Shown here: positions 1 through 11,952 of the stretch, piece after piece
Numbering within the stretch: the stretch's first letter is position 1
Layout: every line of letters begins with the position of its first letter
NCBI RefSeq assembly: GCF_009914755.1
Contig: NC_060933.1
DNA length: 64,000 nt
DNA from: the human T2T-CHM13v2.0 reference genome, Homo sapiens
Reading direction: 5' to 3' (one strand)
Notes under the pieces: generated by a model
The model's input: only the letters and a program-made list of their open reading frames with translations
Database searches by the model: none
Told to the model about the DNA's origin: nothing
Position numbers and translations under genes: made by a program

Positions 1-215
1 AACACTTGGACACAGGGCAGGGAACATCACGCACCAAGACCTGTCAGGGGGTGGGGGCTGGGGGAGGGATAGCATATTAGGACAAAAACCTAATGTCAAT
101 GATGAGTTAATGGGTGCAGCAAGCCAACATGGCAGATGTATACCTATGTAACAAACCTGCACGTTGTGCACGTGTACCCTAGAACTTAAAGTATAATAAA
201 AAGTAAAAAATAAAA
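1..215 (+). mobile_element. L1PA (older primate subfamily) 3' UTR and A-rich tail, continuing off the left edge
   Basis: GGGGAGGGATAGCAT...GGGTGCAGC...AACCTGCACGTTGTGCAC...CCCTAGAACTTAAAGTATAATAAAAA is the L1PA 3' end. Confidence 0.93.
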
Positions 216-371
216 CCATCAGCTGTCATGGGCCTTATTCACTGTCATAAGACTAGTATGGGGGAAACTGCCCCCATTATTCAGTTATCTCCACCTGGCC
301 CCCCGCTTGACACATGAGGATTCTTACAATTCAAGGTGAGATTTGGGTGGGGACAGAGCCAAACCATATCA
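216..371 (-). mobile_element. THE1 (MaLR) LTR, 5' part, interrupted by the L1 above
   Basis: Ends GAGATTTGGGTGGGGACAGAGCCAAACCATATCA, the reverse complement of the THE1 LTR start TGATATGGTTTGGCT. Confidence 0.88.
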
Positions 372-1845
372 ATAGAACAGATCTTGAATTTTTAAACATC
401 TTTGTCATTAGATAGTTATGCTGTATCTTACATTTATATTTTCAGGCTTTTTGAAATAAAAATACTAATTTATGATTAGCAAATTTTATTGTTTTATTCT
501 CTTATATTTAAGAAATTCCTTTCAGAGACATATGTTTAACATTGTCATTGAAAATCAATCAGCCTTTAAGAATTTCCAGGTTAGACAATAAGAAGTTTAA
601 TGTATTTGTTGATATAACAATAGTCTTAAATAAAAATATCTGCTTCTTAGCATCTAGTTCATGACAGTATACTTCTTGGGTTACAATCAAAATGTCTTGC
701 TTGATGATGATAAATTATTTCTACATATGTAATTTTGTTATTATTAGGACTTATCAGATAATGAAGCTTAGAGAAAAATTAGCCACACCACTTGCAAAAG
801 ACACAGCTGTAATATATTTAATTTTTTTTAATTTAGGGTTTAACTGAAAAAAGTAGTTGCTATGTAGTAATACAATATATTGCATTAATATATGTTGACT
901 CATTATATTTATTTCAATTTCTTTCTATTTTTCATAATGTATCTGTTTTATATTCTGATTCAAATACATATGCAGGCCAAATACTAGATTCAAAAAAAAA
1001 ATTAGAATAAAATTGATGATAATCACAGAGTTCTCATTGGCAGAAAACTGCTACTATTTGTAGGTTATTCTAAAAACTATATTATAACTACATAGAAGAA
1101 GAAACTATAGTAAAAATAACACTTTATGTGACAGACCCATAACCTGTTCACAAGATAGAACAGGCAGCCGTACAGTGTACCGGGGTATAATAGGAAAAAA
1201 TATTACTATAGCTGCATTAATTTAAAATGGAATTTGGTTGTTATAAATTGGAAAGAAAAAATAAAGTATGAAATAGATATCTTTCTTTTGCTCCACTCAA
1301 ATAGAAATTACAGGGCAATTTCAGATAAGAGGATTTCCTGTTTTATTCAACTTGAGGTCATTCTATATAGTTTGTATTTCTTTTTTTCTTTTTTTCCCCT
1401 TCCGTATTTACTCAGACAAGGTCAACAGTCTATCTGGAGCTTTCTGCAATCACCCATTTATTTTAAAGAACCAGACTTCCCTAGTGTTAAAATCCTTCCT
1501 ATGCCATTTGTGAGATATTATCTGGCCTTTCTTTTTGTTGCCTGTTGTGTCTATGCATCCAAATAACAGACAGTCTATTTCCTCTAACTCTTCCATGAGT
1601 CAGCAGGCTGTGATAGGCCAATTGATATAGTATTATTTTTGACTTTCAAAATATATGCTTAATCTTTTCATTATTAACTGGATGACTCAAGTATGAAAAG
1701 TATTTTTTGACCTAGACTCAAATAATTTACTGTATTATGTGGGTAATGCAAAATAGAATCTTTGGCCATTGCTAGTATTTTTCACTCCTAAGTAGTGAAA
1801 CATTGCAGATAATATATTCTTACTGGAATTTAGCATCTAGACATA

Positions 1846-2029
1846 GTTTAATAAGAGAGTAAGAACTATAAAACTGATTTGTGAATGAGGGGAAAGGTGA
1901 AGGAATTAAAATTTTGTATAGAATAGAACACTTTACTTTTTTTATGAAACATGAAAAATGGAAATCTAATTGAAGTTTCCTCAAGTGATAAAACATTCCA
2001 GACATAAGTATGTTATTCAAAAGATAGCA
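1846..2029 (+). repeat. 184-bp local duplication, copy 1 (probable donor)
   Basis: Matches 3014-3197 without gaps; 5 substitutions by eye. Confidence 0.95.
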
Positions 2030-2940
2030 CCATGTGGCCTTTTGGCATTACCTACCAGTCTTGAATAAGGTATTTTTTTAAAAAACGAAGTATCTTCACA
2101 GCAATTTTGTCCCAGCCTCTCTCTTGATTCTAATTATTTTGAGGTCAGCAATTGCAACTTATTCTCCTTTGTGTCCTTTACGTGTTTAGCGCTATGCTAT
2201 TGCTGAGGATAAGATGATGTATTCTGAGGTATTCTGTAGAACGCCCATGCTAGTTTCAATGACATGCAGCTCTTAGAGTTGTTTTCTCTTCAAAAACATG
2301 CATCTCCTCTGGGTCTGTTCAGGAGTCATGAAACCAAGAACTATATCAGATGTATAGTAGGAACTACAGTGTACTACTTTAGTAGCAAACACTGACTATT
2401 TGCTTATGGCATAATTTTAGAGTAGCCAAAGGAGAACATGTTCAAGAGCAACATGTATATTCAAAGATACAATTTCTGGATAAATATGTACTTAAACCAA
2501 AGAATGTAGAGATTTATTAATGACCAGTTTATTCTTATTCTTAGTCAATTATCTCAGCTACAGAGCGGCTTTTCAATCACGGAGCTCTGATCGTGTCATT
2601 TTTCTATTTAAAGCCTTTGATGACAAAAGATTTCCTTCAAGGTAAAGTCTAAATTCACAGTAAGTGTTGGTGCATTTCAATGTTCTGCCCTCAACAGTCT
2701 TTTCCACTACTCTTTATTTTTTCATAATGAAAAGTAGTAAAATTATATCTACTTCCATGACTTCGGTTAACACCCACTTATACCACCTACATACACTTCA
2801 ATTTTGAGAAACTAACTCCATAAATCTGACAACTGCCAATGTAATCAGCTACATTTAATCTCTCAAGTCTATTCCTAACCTCATCATCTATCCCACAAAT
2901 TCTGCTATTTTTAATTAAATTTTATTCCATCATCACTTTA

Positions 2941-3420
2941 GTATTATCAAGGTAAGGTTATAGTAGAAAACAATAATAACAAAAAAAATCTCAAAACAAA
3001 CAAAAATTCAGTGGTTTAATAAGAGAGTAAGAACTATAAAACTGATTTGTGAATGAGGGGAAAGGTGAAGGAATTAAAATTTTGTATAGAGTAGAGCACT
3101 TTACTTTTTTTATGAAACATAAAAAATGAAAATCTAATTGAAGTTTCCTTAAGTGATAAAACATTCCAGACATAAGTATGTTATTCAAAAGATAGCATGG
3201 CTTGGGTGCTATGGCTGGGGATTTTGCTTTGTATAGTTTGTATTCAAGTACCCAGACTGTGGGAGCAGCCACTATTACATTATTAGGCATTGTGTGGCAA
3301 AGGGAAAGAGAGAGTGTGGACAATCAACTCTGGTTTCTAAAGCTTCCACTTGGAAGTTGACATGTCAATTCCTGAACGTCATTAGCTAAAGTAAGTCATG
3401 TGGCCACACCTTCCCACAAA
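2941..3420 (-). mobile_element. MLT1 (J/K-like) LTR, interrupted by duplication copy 2
   Basis: GTATTATCAAGGTAAGGTTAT...TCAGTGGTTTAA then ACCCAGACTGTGGGAGCAGCCACT...GGCAAAGGGAAAGAGAG...AGTCATGTGGCCACACC resemble reverse-strand MLT1. Confidence 0.65.
3014..3197 (+). repeat. 184-bp local duplication, copy 2 (probable insertion)
   Basis: Direct copy of 1846-2029, offset 1168 bp. Confidence 0.95.
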
Positions 3421-3479
3421 TGACAGCCTCCATGTTCTTGAAGGAGGACCATAGATACTATAACATAATAGCGGTAAAG

Positions 3480-4302
3480 AATGTTACATGTACCATCTAG
3501 CCTAAACTATAAACAAGATAATCTCTGCTCTTCTTCACCAGCTTTTATCTTTCATAGCCTATCACCAAATCTTACAAATGCTGGTTCTAAATGTCTTTCA
3601 TATCTGTTTTCTCATCTCCAACCCAACTGCTACTACCATAGTTTCAGATCTCATCTTTTCCCTACACTATTGCTTCACTTTATTACTCTCTGCCTACCAA
3701 TTTCCCATACTGCAACCCGTTCTCCATACGGTAACCAGAGAATATCCTAAAATGTGAATTTGATTTTATTCATCCTATTCTTAAAATTCTCAATACTATG
3801 GTTTCAATTTATAGTTTATAGTTCAATTTATAGTTTAAGATTCAAGCTTTCTAGCTTGAAACACAAAGGTGCTTCATGATGAGATCCCAGTCTACTTTTC
3901 TGTTCTCATCTCACACCTCTCTCCTCTGACACTTTTTTATGCTCCAGGCGTAATGCACTACTTGTCATTCTCCCCAAGCAAAACATTCTTTCTTATATTG
4001 CCAAAAGCTGCATATACTCTTTTATTTCTAAAATGTTCTTACTTTCAAACCTCTATTTATCTTTCAAGATTAATTTCAAGCATAAACCCCTTAACATGAC
4101 TTCTTTGGATCTTCCTTTCAAATGGCAGGATTAATGTTCTGAACCTCTGTTTTCACATGCTGGAGTACTTAACACACAGTTCTATTAATCCATTTCTAAC
4201 ATTGTAGCCAATTATGTATGTGTTTGTGCGTTTTTTCAGGGCCAAGACTATACCTTATACTTAGTCTATGGCGTGAAATTGGTACTCAATAAATATTTAT
4301 GA
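3480..4302 (+). mobile_element. L2 3' region (a further fragment at about 2590-2940)
   Basis: Pyrimidine-rich L2-like body ending GGTACTCAATAAATATTTATGA, the L2 3' terminus. Confidence 0.6.
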
Positions 4303-5069
4303 TATTTTAACTTTTTAATCTGTTGGAGCCATTTTATCAAGCACCACTTTAAAATGTTTAAATAATTTACCTTGGATTAAAATGAGGGCTGATGATCTTG
4401 GAAAGCCAATGTTTTCTATAATTTTATTGGAACTATTACCCAAATTACTCTTCAAAAACTGGCTTTAAGTAACATTGTTCCAAAAATACTGCTATGTAGG
4501 CAACATTCATAAACTTTACATTAAAGTTTTTCATGTATAAAATGAATTGGCCTAATAATGTAATTTACAATGTAAATGTTAATGTTTAAATTGTTAATTT
4601 GTATTTGACTTACAGTACTTTAGAGAGTATCTTGACCATCTGACTTTTTAGTTGATGGTCCATTGTTATGTAAAACAAGACTCATTTTTTTTTCTATTGG
4701 TTATTTATACCACAAAGAAATTACTACAGTCACTGTTGTACATATTTTACAGTAATGAGATAGATAACAGAATGTGAAGTAAAAAAAAGCTTCCTAGTAA
4801 ATCTGATACACAATTGTAGGAAAATTGCAGCAAAAATACTGCATGTAGTCAAAAAAGTAAGAGTATGGTTGGTTTGACATCACCAACATTATAAATAATT
4901 AAGGCCTCTTACATTTATGGATGGCCCAAGATATTCTTGGAATGATTTTTGCTAGGAATATAGTGATGAAATACATAACGCTTATCCACAAGGAGCTTTC
5001 AATGTAGTAATGGAGACAAAAATACATATAAGTGATTTCCACTGAGTAAAATATGGGTGAATATAGAAA

Positions 5070-5260
5070 CAATAGCTATTATTATGGGCTCTGTGTCAAG
5101 TACAGTAATCCTTTTAACGGCCATGGGAATTCAATGTTTTTATTCCATTTTACAGGTGAGAAAAATAAGAGAGGAATAGTAGCTTGTTTGCTGTGTCACA
5201 CCTAGTCAATAAAGATTGTAGTTCGGGTCTGCACATCTTCAAAGGCCATGTTCAATGCTG
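5070..5260 (-). mobile_element. MIR
   Basis: CCATTTTACAGGTGAGAAAA MIR core, reverse orientation. Confidence 0.55.
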
Positions 5261-5589
5261 TCCTAGCTTTCCATAAGAACAAGTGCATCAGAATCATCAT
5301 TAACAATTACAATTTATACACTCTCTATTACTGGCATGCTACCTGCTTTCTTCACTAGAGTAACTTAAAATCAAAAGAAGAAGTCTTAATTAAATACTTC
5401 TATAATTAACTGTATTAATTATTATTTCATGACTTTTTAACATTTTCTTTGAGAGAAAACACTGCTTTGTTATAAATTTGCCAGTGATTTTTGGGAAGGA
5501 ATGTTCTATACATTGGTTGCATAGATAGGTCATTGATTATGTGAACAAACTCAAAAAGATGACATGCCCAAATACTTGTGTCTCTGAAA

Positions 5590-5815
5590 TTCGGCTAACT
5601 GCAACCTCTGCCTCCCAGGTTCAAGCTATTTTCCTGCCTCAGCCTCCTGAGTAGCTGGGATTACAGGCGCACACCACTACTGCCTGGCTAATTTTTGTAT
5701 TTTTAGTAGACACCGGGTTTCACCATGTTGGCCAGGCTGGTCTCGAACTCCTGACTTCAAATGATCCACCCACCTTGGCCTCCTAAAGTGCTGGGATTAC
5801 ATGCATGAGCCACCA
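5590..5815 (-). mobile_element. Partial AluS sequence with no tail and no TSD; inverted copy of the Alu at 6158
   Basis: Lacks the first ~10 and last ~50 nt of Alu; shares private variants with the 6158 Alu. Confidence 0.9.
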
Positions 5816-6157
5816 ACATTTACCAATTCTTTTCTATTAGCTATTTTTTTCAATTTTTTTCTAATTTCAAAGTGCATATATTTCCACCTTGAGTATCCTA
5901 TGAGACATTTCAAATCCTGGTGGAAATGACTGCCTTTAGGAGACACAAGGAAAGCACTGAGTAATCTACACAGAAAGTAGTTCTGAAATTGTTGGTGGAG
6001 CTATACATAAGTGGTCAGACTTAAAAATTGTGTACTTTAATACATAAATACTTATGTTTTAAGATAAACATATCTTGTGTATCTACATATTCACAAATGA
6101 TTAAGAAACTTTAAATTCTGCACCAGAGCATATCTACTGTCATTAAAATGGAGTCAC

Positions 6158-6499
<342 letters not shown>

Positions 6500-6648
6500 T
6501 CAGTCTTGGGGTGTATCTGTGTAAGATGCACCACTGAGAGAAATCCTGGGTGTTTAGAATTAGTCACCTAAAGCAAGCAAGAAAGAGAACATCCAGATAA
6601 AGAAACCCTTCCACAAAGACAAGAGAGAATTCTAAAGCCACTCTGAAG

Positions 6649-7008
6649 TGTCAGGCCTCTGAGCCTAAGCCTGCATCCAGATGGCCTGAAGCAACTGAAG
6701 AATGACAAAAGAAGTGAAAATGGCCGGTTCCTGCCTTAACTGATGGCATTACCTTGTGAAATTCCTTCTCCTGGCCCAGAAGCTCCCCAAATGAGCACCT
6801 TGTGACCCCTGCCCCTGCCTGCAAGAGAACAACCCCCTTTGACTGCAATTTTCCACTGCTTACCCAAATCCTGTAAAACTGCCCCACCCCTAAACTCTCT
6901 TTGCTGACTCTCTTTTCAGACTTAGCCCGCCTGCACCCAGGTGATTAAAAAGCTTTATTGCTCACACAAAGCCTGTTTGGCGGTCTCTTCACACAGACGC
7001 ACGTGACA
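6649..7008 (+). mobile_element. HERV-H solo LTR (LTR7 family)
   Basis: TGTCAGGCCTCTGAGCC...CTCACACAAAGCCTGTTTGG...GTGACA with perfect 5-bp TSD TGAAG. Confidence 0.93.
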
Positions 7009-7013
7009 TGAAG

Positions 7014-7370
7014 GAGTAAGATGGATCCTTATCCACAATTTGGTTTGGATGGCAAGCCTGGTGATAGCACACATACATCAAAAGGGTATGAAGCATTTTA
7101 TTACATAATGAGATTTTCTGGGGGAGAGCAGGATGATTCCAAGTAGGTCTGAAAATGACTGGAGAGAGCAAGGAAAAGAGATTGGCCTGGGGTTTTCCAT
7201 TGTGATTAGGGGTGTGGCCATTTTTGCACATGGTTTAAACTTCTCTGCGGTGCCAACTGAGAGAGCAGCTGTAAGTTTGTATCAGTTTTGCCAGATGTGG
7301 GGTATAAGGGGAAGTGAAAAGGGTAGGTTTTTAGCAGACAAACATAAAAACTGGAGTCAGACCCTTTATA
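7014..7370 (-). mobile_element. Old ERVL-class LTR (MER74/76-like; family uncertain)
   Basis: CAATTTGGTTTGGATG...AAGGGTATGAAGCATTTTATTAC...TTTCTGGGGGAGAGCAGG motifs recalled from this group. Confidence 0.35.
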
Positions 7371-8142
7371 ACAGATATATTTTCCACTTTACCCCAAAAT
7401 GCCATCCATTTTACAATTTTAAAACAGCCTGCATTTCATCTGACATATCACAGACTTAGAATGCTCATATTCCAGACCAATAACCCACAGTTTTGCATCT
7501 TTACCATTTGCTGCCAAAAGTCGTGGGACTTTCCTATAATATTGTCAATTAATGAGGAAAATTAGATATAACAAAATTCCATCTGAGGCCCTGTGTAAGA
7601 AGAAATAGACAATAAATTGCTGAAGTTTATTAGTTTAAGGTTATAAAACAAGTAACTCATTGGCTCTGAGAGCCGTGAGCACCAGTATATGCTTATAATG
7701 TATCTTTTCTTTACCTGTCCCTAAAACCATCATGCTTAACTATAAGCATATTAAAATGTAAGTATTAATACTTATTTTCAATTTTTCCTTACATATATAA
7801 TTATGCTGTTATTACACTATTTGTGCAGAGAAGTTTGTAATCTAAGATCTAGTGTGAAACACTTGAGCATGGCCACTGAAACGACTTCTCAGTAGGTTTG
7901 AAAATGGATATTTTTCCCTCTCATGGTGTCATTGGAGTGCTGCTTAAAGAAAGGAAATAAACTCAAATTTGGTAATTCTCTTTTGAAATTATATAAATAT
8001 ATTTTCATTTTCTCTTTTTTAAAGGGTTGACATTCTTCCTAATAGGGGGAAATCATAGCTGAAAGTGTAAATCAAATCATTGAAAATACATTCAATACAT
8101 AGCCATATTTTGAAATTATATCAATTACCATATTGATGGGTT

Positions 8143-9472
8143 TGAGAGGTGACAACGTGCTAGCAGCCCTCGCTTGCTCTTGGCGCCTCCTCGGCCTCGG
8201 CCTCTGCTCTGGCTGCGCTCCAGGAGCCCTTCAGCCCGCCCTACGCTATGAGGGCCCCTCTCTGGGGCTGGCCAAGGCCAGAGCCCGCTCCCTCTGCTCT
8301 TGGGGAAGTGTGAAGAGAGAGGCGCAGGCACGGCACTCGCGGGCTGGCACCGGTTCCAGGTGAGCGCCAGCTCGGCAAGCCCTGCAACTGGCGCGGCTGG
8401 CCAGCGCCTGCTGGGCTTGATCGGAGGCTGAATCCCGTGAGTGGACTGCCCTTCCCTCTTCGCGGGATCGTTGGCCACCATAGCAGGTCTGCATCTCTTT
8501 CTCGCTTCCCCTCTTTTCCTCTTGATTGTCTGGGACAAGCTCCCTCTGGGCTGCTGGAGTGCCTCGGCAAGACCCCTGCCCAGTGCTAGTGAGAGGTGAA
8601 GCTGGCTGGGCTTCTGGGTGGGGTCAGGACTTGGAGAACTTTTCTGTCTAGCTAAAAGATTGTAAATGCACCAATCAGCACTCTGTGTCTAGCTAAAGGT
8701 TTGTAAACACACCAATCAACACTCTGTAAAAATGCACCAATCAGCACTCTCTGTCTAGCTAAAGGTTTGTAAATGCACTAATCAGAGCTCTGTGTCTAGC
8801 TAATTGGGTAGGGACTTGGAGAACTTTTCTGTCTAGCCAAAGGTTTATATATGCACCAATCAGCACTCTGTGTCTAGCTCATTGGGTGTGGACTTGGAGA
8901 ACTTTTGTGCCATTCTAAACGTTTGTAAACGCACCAATCAGCACTCTGTCAAAACGGACCAATCAGCTCTCCGTAAAATGGACCAATCGGCTCTTTGTAA
9001 AATGGACCAATCAGCAGAATGTGGGTGGAGCCAGATAAGGGAATACAAGCAGGACACCCAACCCAGCAGCAATAACGTGCTCAGGTCTCCTTCCACTGTG
9101 TGGAAACTTTGTTCTTTCCCTCTTCATGCATGAAATCTTGCTGTTCCTCACTCTTTGGGTCTGTGCCACCTTTAAGATTTGTAACACTCACCATGAAGGT
9201 CTGCAGCTTCACTCCTGAAGCCAGCAAAAGACCACGAACTCAGCGGGGGGAACAAACAACTCTGGATGCGCTGCCTTTAAGAGCTGTTAACACTGACTGC
9301 GAAGGTCTGCGAGACCACGAACCTACCAGAAGGAAAAAACTCCGGACACCTCGGAACATCAGAAGGAACGAACTCCGGACACACCATCTTTAAGAACTGT
9401 AAAATCACCGCGAGGGTCTGCGGCTTCATTCTTGAAGTCAGCGAGACCAAAAACCCACCAATTCTGGACACA
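8143..9472 (+). mobile_element. ERV9 solo LTR (LTR12 family) with tandem CCAAT-box enhancer repeats
   Basis: TGAGAGGTGACAACGTGCTAGCAGCCCTCG start, repeated CACCAATCAGCACTCTGTGTCTAGCT units, end CCACCAATTCTGGACACA; 4-bp TSD GGTT/GCTT. Confidence 0.95.
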
Positions 9473-10679
9473 GCTTTAAATTGATAAAGAAAAATTTTTA
9501 TTAGTATTACATTAGTTGTCATTCTAAGTAATTGCCAATATCAGACACATAATTGTAATTCATCTTTTATTGTCATTGCAACATTCGATGTACTTAAATT
9601 TAAAATAATTAATGTTTATTGTTCCAGGAAAAAGTCTGTTGGGTTTTATAGTGCCACAAATTATGTGATGTTATATCTAAGTATTTTGAATAATAGCTAT
9701 TTTACATGAAAGTAAATAACATAAATGAGTTTTTGGCTAGAAAATAATTTTCTTATATCTTTGAAAAGATTATCTTCTTTTTTACATTTCTATTATATAG
9801 GGAACTAGAAATATATGAGTTATTTTAAAAGCTTTACTTTTTGGACCCAAATATGAATTTAAATAGAAGACAAATATGAAGATACATTAATTTAGGAAAT
9901 ATGTGCTCTGCCAAGAAGTTACATTGAGTTTAAGTTATTTAAGCCAGCAAATTGGCTTAACTCCTACATAAGAGGTAGGTGGAGCCTTTATCCCCAAGAT
10001 GGCTAGATCTCTATCATTTTTTTATTTATTTATTCCCTGAGATATAGTATTTAAAACACTTTAAGAAACAACTTTAAAGTTTCTATGCCAGAATAGCTAT
10101 TATATGTTTTATTAATAAATAGTTCATTGTTTATTAGAGGAATTGATTCACAAAATGAATAATTTCATAAGGGTTAGACTTACAATGATGATGAAACTTA
10201 GCAGTTACACTATAGACTGACATTTTAATTTTAATTTTTATTCTTTTGGCATAAACCTCCTATTTATAGAGAACTATAGGTACCACAGTTTTCAGAAGTA
10301 ATAGTTACATGATGGGGCTAGTTGAAAAATTAATGAAAAATACTTTCTTATTAAAGTTTATTTTGCTGGTTCTACTAGGCTATACTGCAAAGTTTCTAAC
10401 TTTACGGTTATTTAAAGCCTTGTAAAGGTGTCTATGATTACTTTATTAATTTTCCTTTCTGTGATTGATGATGTAGCTTTCATGAGAATATATATGAATT
10501 ATCAGTGCTGTACTTATGATCTATCATTAATTAAATTATAATATTCTACCACTTCTTGATACTGAGAAAGAAAATCTTCTCAGATTATAATAATAAGAAA
10601 AAGTAGAAAACCCAGTGTAGTTAGTAAAGATTTGCCTTCAAAAGATTTTTATTTTCTCAGAAAACCACAATTATTCTTT

Positions 10680-11385
10680 GCAATTTTCAAGTACTTTCAT
10701 ATTCGTTGTATTATTTGATCATAATTAAATCTTAGTGGAGTAGATGTTGCCATAATTATACCAATTTTGCTAATGAGAAAACTGAAACTTAGATGGGTTA
10801 ACTATCTTTTTGAACATACAGATTTAAATATTCATCATTGTAATGGATATTTATTGAAAACCCACCATATTCTGGGCATGCTCTGAGCACTAAGGATTAA
10901 GATGTAAACAAACATAAAGTCCCTGACCTGATTGAGTTTGCATTTTAGTAAGAAAGACAAACAGTAACCAAATGCATAAATAAGCGTATAATGTCAAGTA
11001 TTGGCAAAGAAAGTGAAAAAGAAGGAATCTGGGAAAGAGAATAGAGAATGATTATGGGGAGGCTACTATCTGAGAAAAGATGAATAAGAAAAACCTCATG
11101 GAGAAAGTGGAATGTGAGCAAAGACATCTATTAGGTGTGGCAGAAAGCCATATAAACAGCTGGGAGAAAAGCAATCCTGGCAAAAGGAAAAATAAAAGCA
11201 AAAGGTTATGAATCAGAATCATGTTTAGCATGTTGTGGATGGATCCTGAAGGTCTTATAAGATATAGCAATGGGTCTAGAGTTTATTCCAAGTGACCTGG
11301 AAAGCCATTGGAAAAATTTTAGCAGTGAAAGCGTGCCATGTTGTTTATATTTTTAAAAATTCACCCTGGTTGATTGGAAGGAGGC
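10680..11385 (-). mobile_element. MIR (to about 10830) followed by L2
   Basis: AATGAGAAAACTGAAACTTAGA MIR core; ATATTTATTGA...GGAAAGCCATTGGAAAAATTTTAGCAG reverse-strand L2. Confidence 0.6.
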
Positions 11386-11409
11386 CAAAATCTAAATAGC
11401 CTGGGTGCT

Positions 11410-11720
11410 GGCCAGGCGCAGTAGCTCACGCTCCTAAACCCAGCAGTTTGGGACGCCCAGGGGGGTGGATCATTTGAGGTCAGGAGTTCAAGACCAGCCT
11501 TGCCAACGTGGTGAAACCCCGTCTCTACTAAAAGTACAAAAATTAGCCACGCATAGTGGCGCGTGCCTGTAATCCCAGCTACTGGGGAGGCTGAGGCAGG
11601 AGAGCACTTGAACCCAGGAGGTGGAGGTTCCAGTGATCCCAGATTATGCCACTGCACTCCCTCCTGGGCAACACAGTGACACTCTGTCTCGAAAATAAAT
11701 AAAAATAACAATAAAAACAT
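11410..11720 (+). mobile_element. AluS
   Basis: Full dimer with A-rich tail; degenerate TSD AA(A/G)TAGC(C/A)TGGG. Confidence 0.93.
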
Positions 11721-11784
11721 AAGTAGCATGGGCCCTAACAAATCAGAATGGACAACTATAAACACCTGTTTATATAAGTAAAAT

Positions 11785-11952
11785 CATGTCTTCAGGGTTT
11801 GTTGTACAGATTATTTCATCACTGAGGTAGTAAAACCTAATACCTATTAGTTATTTTTCCCGGTCCTTTCCCTCCTTCTATCCTCCACCCTCCTGTTGGC
11901 CCCTGTTTCTTTTGTTCCCCTCTTTGTGTCCATGTGTTCTCATTATTTAGCT
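11785..11952 (-). mobile_element. Old L1PA/PB 3' UTR fragment
   Basis: GTTTGTTGTACAGATTATTTCATCAC...TGTGTCCATGTGTTCTCATTATTTAGCT. Confidence 0.75.

Noticed and set aside
2028-2228. Two micro-exon candidates (HHVAFWHYLPVLNK; RYAIAEDKMMYSE)
   Set aside because: Weak donors (GTATTT, GTATTC), very short, and not phase-compatible with the 31103 candidate.
1820-3323. Paralogous small proteins (two similar minus-strand ORFs)
   Set aside because: Similarity is fully explained by the 184-bp DNA duplication; no other coding evidence.
8125-8570. CpG-island gene promoter with GC-rich ORFs
   Set aside because: It is the GC-rich U3 region of LTR12.
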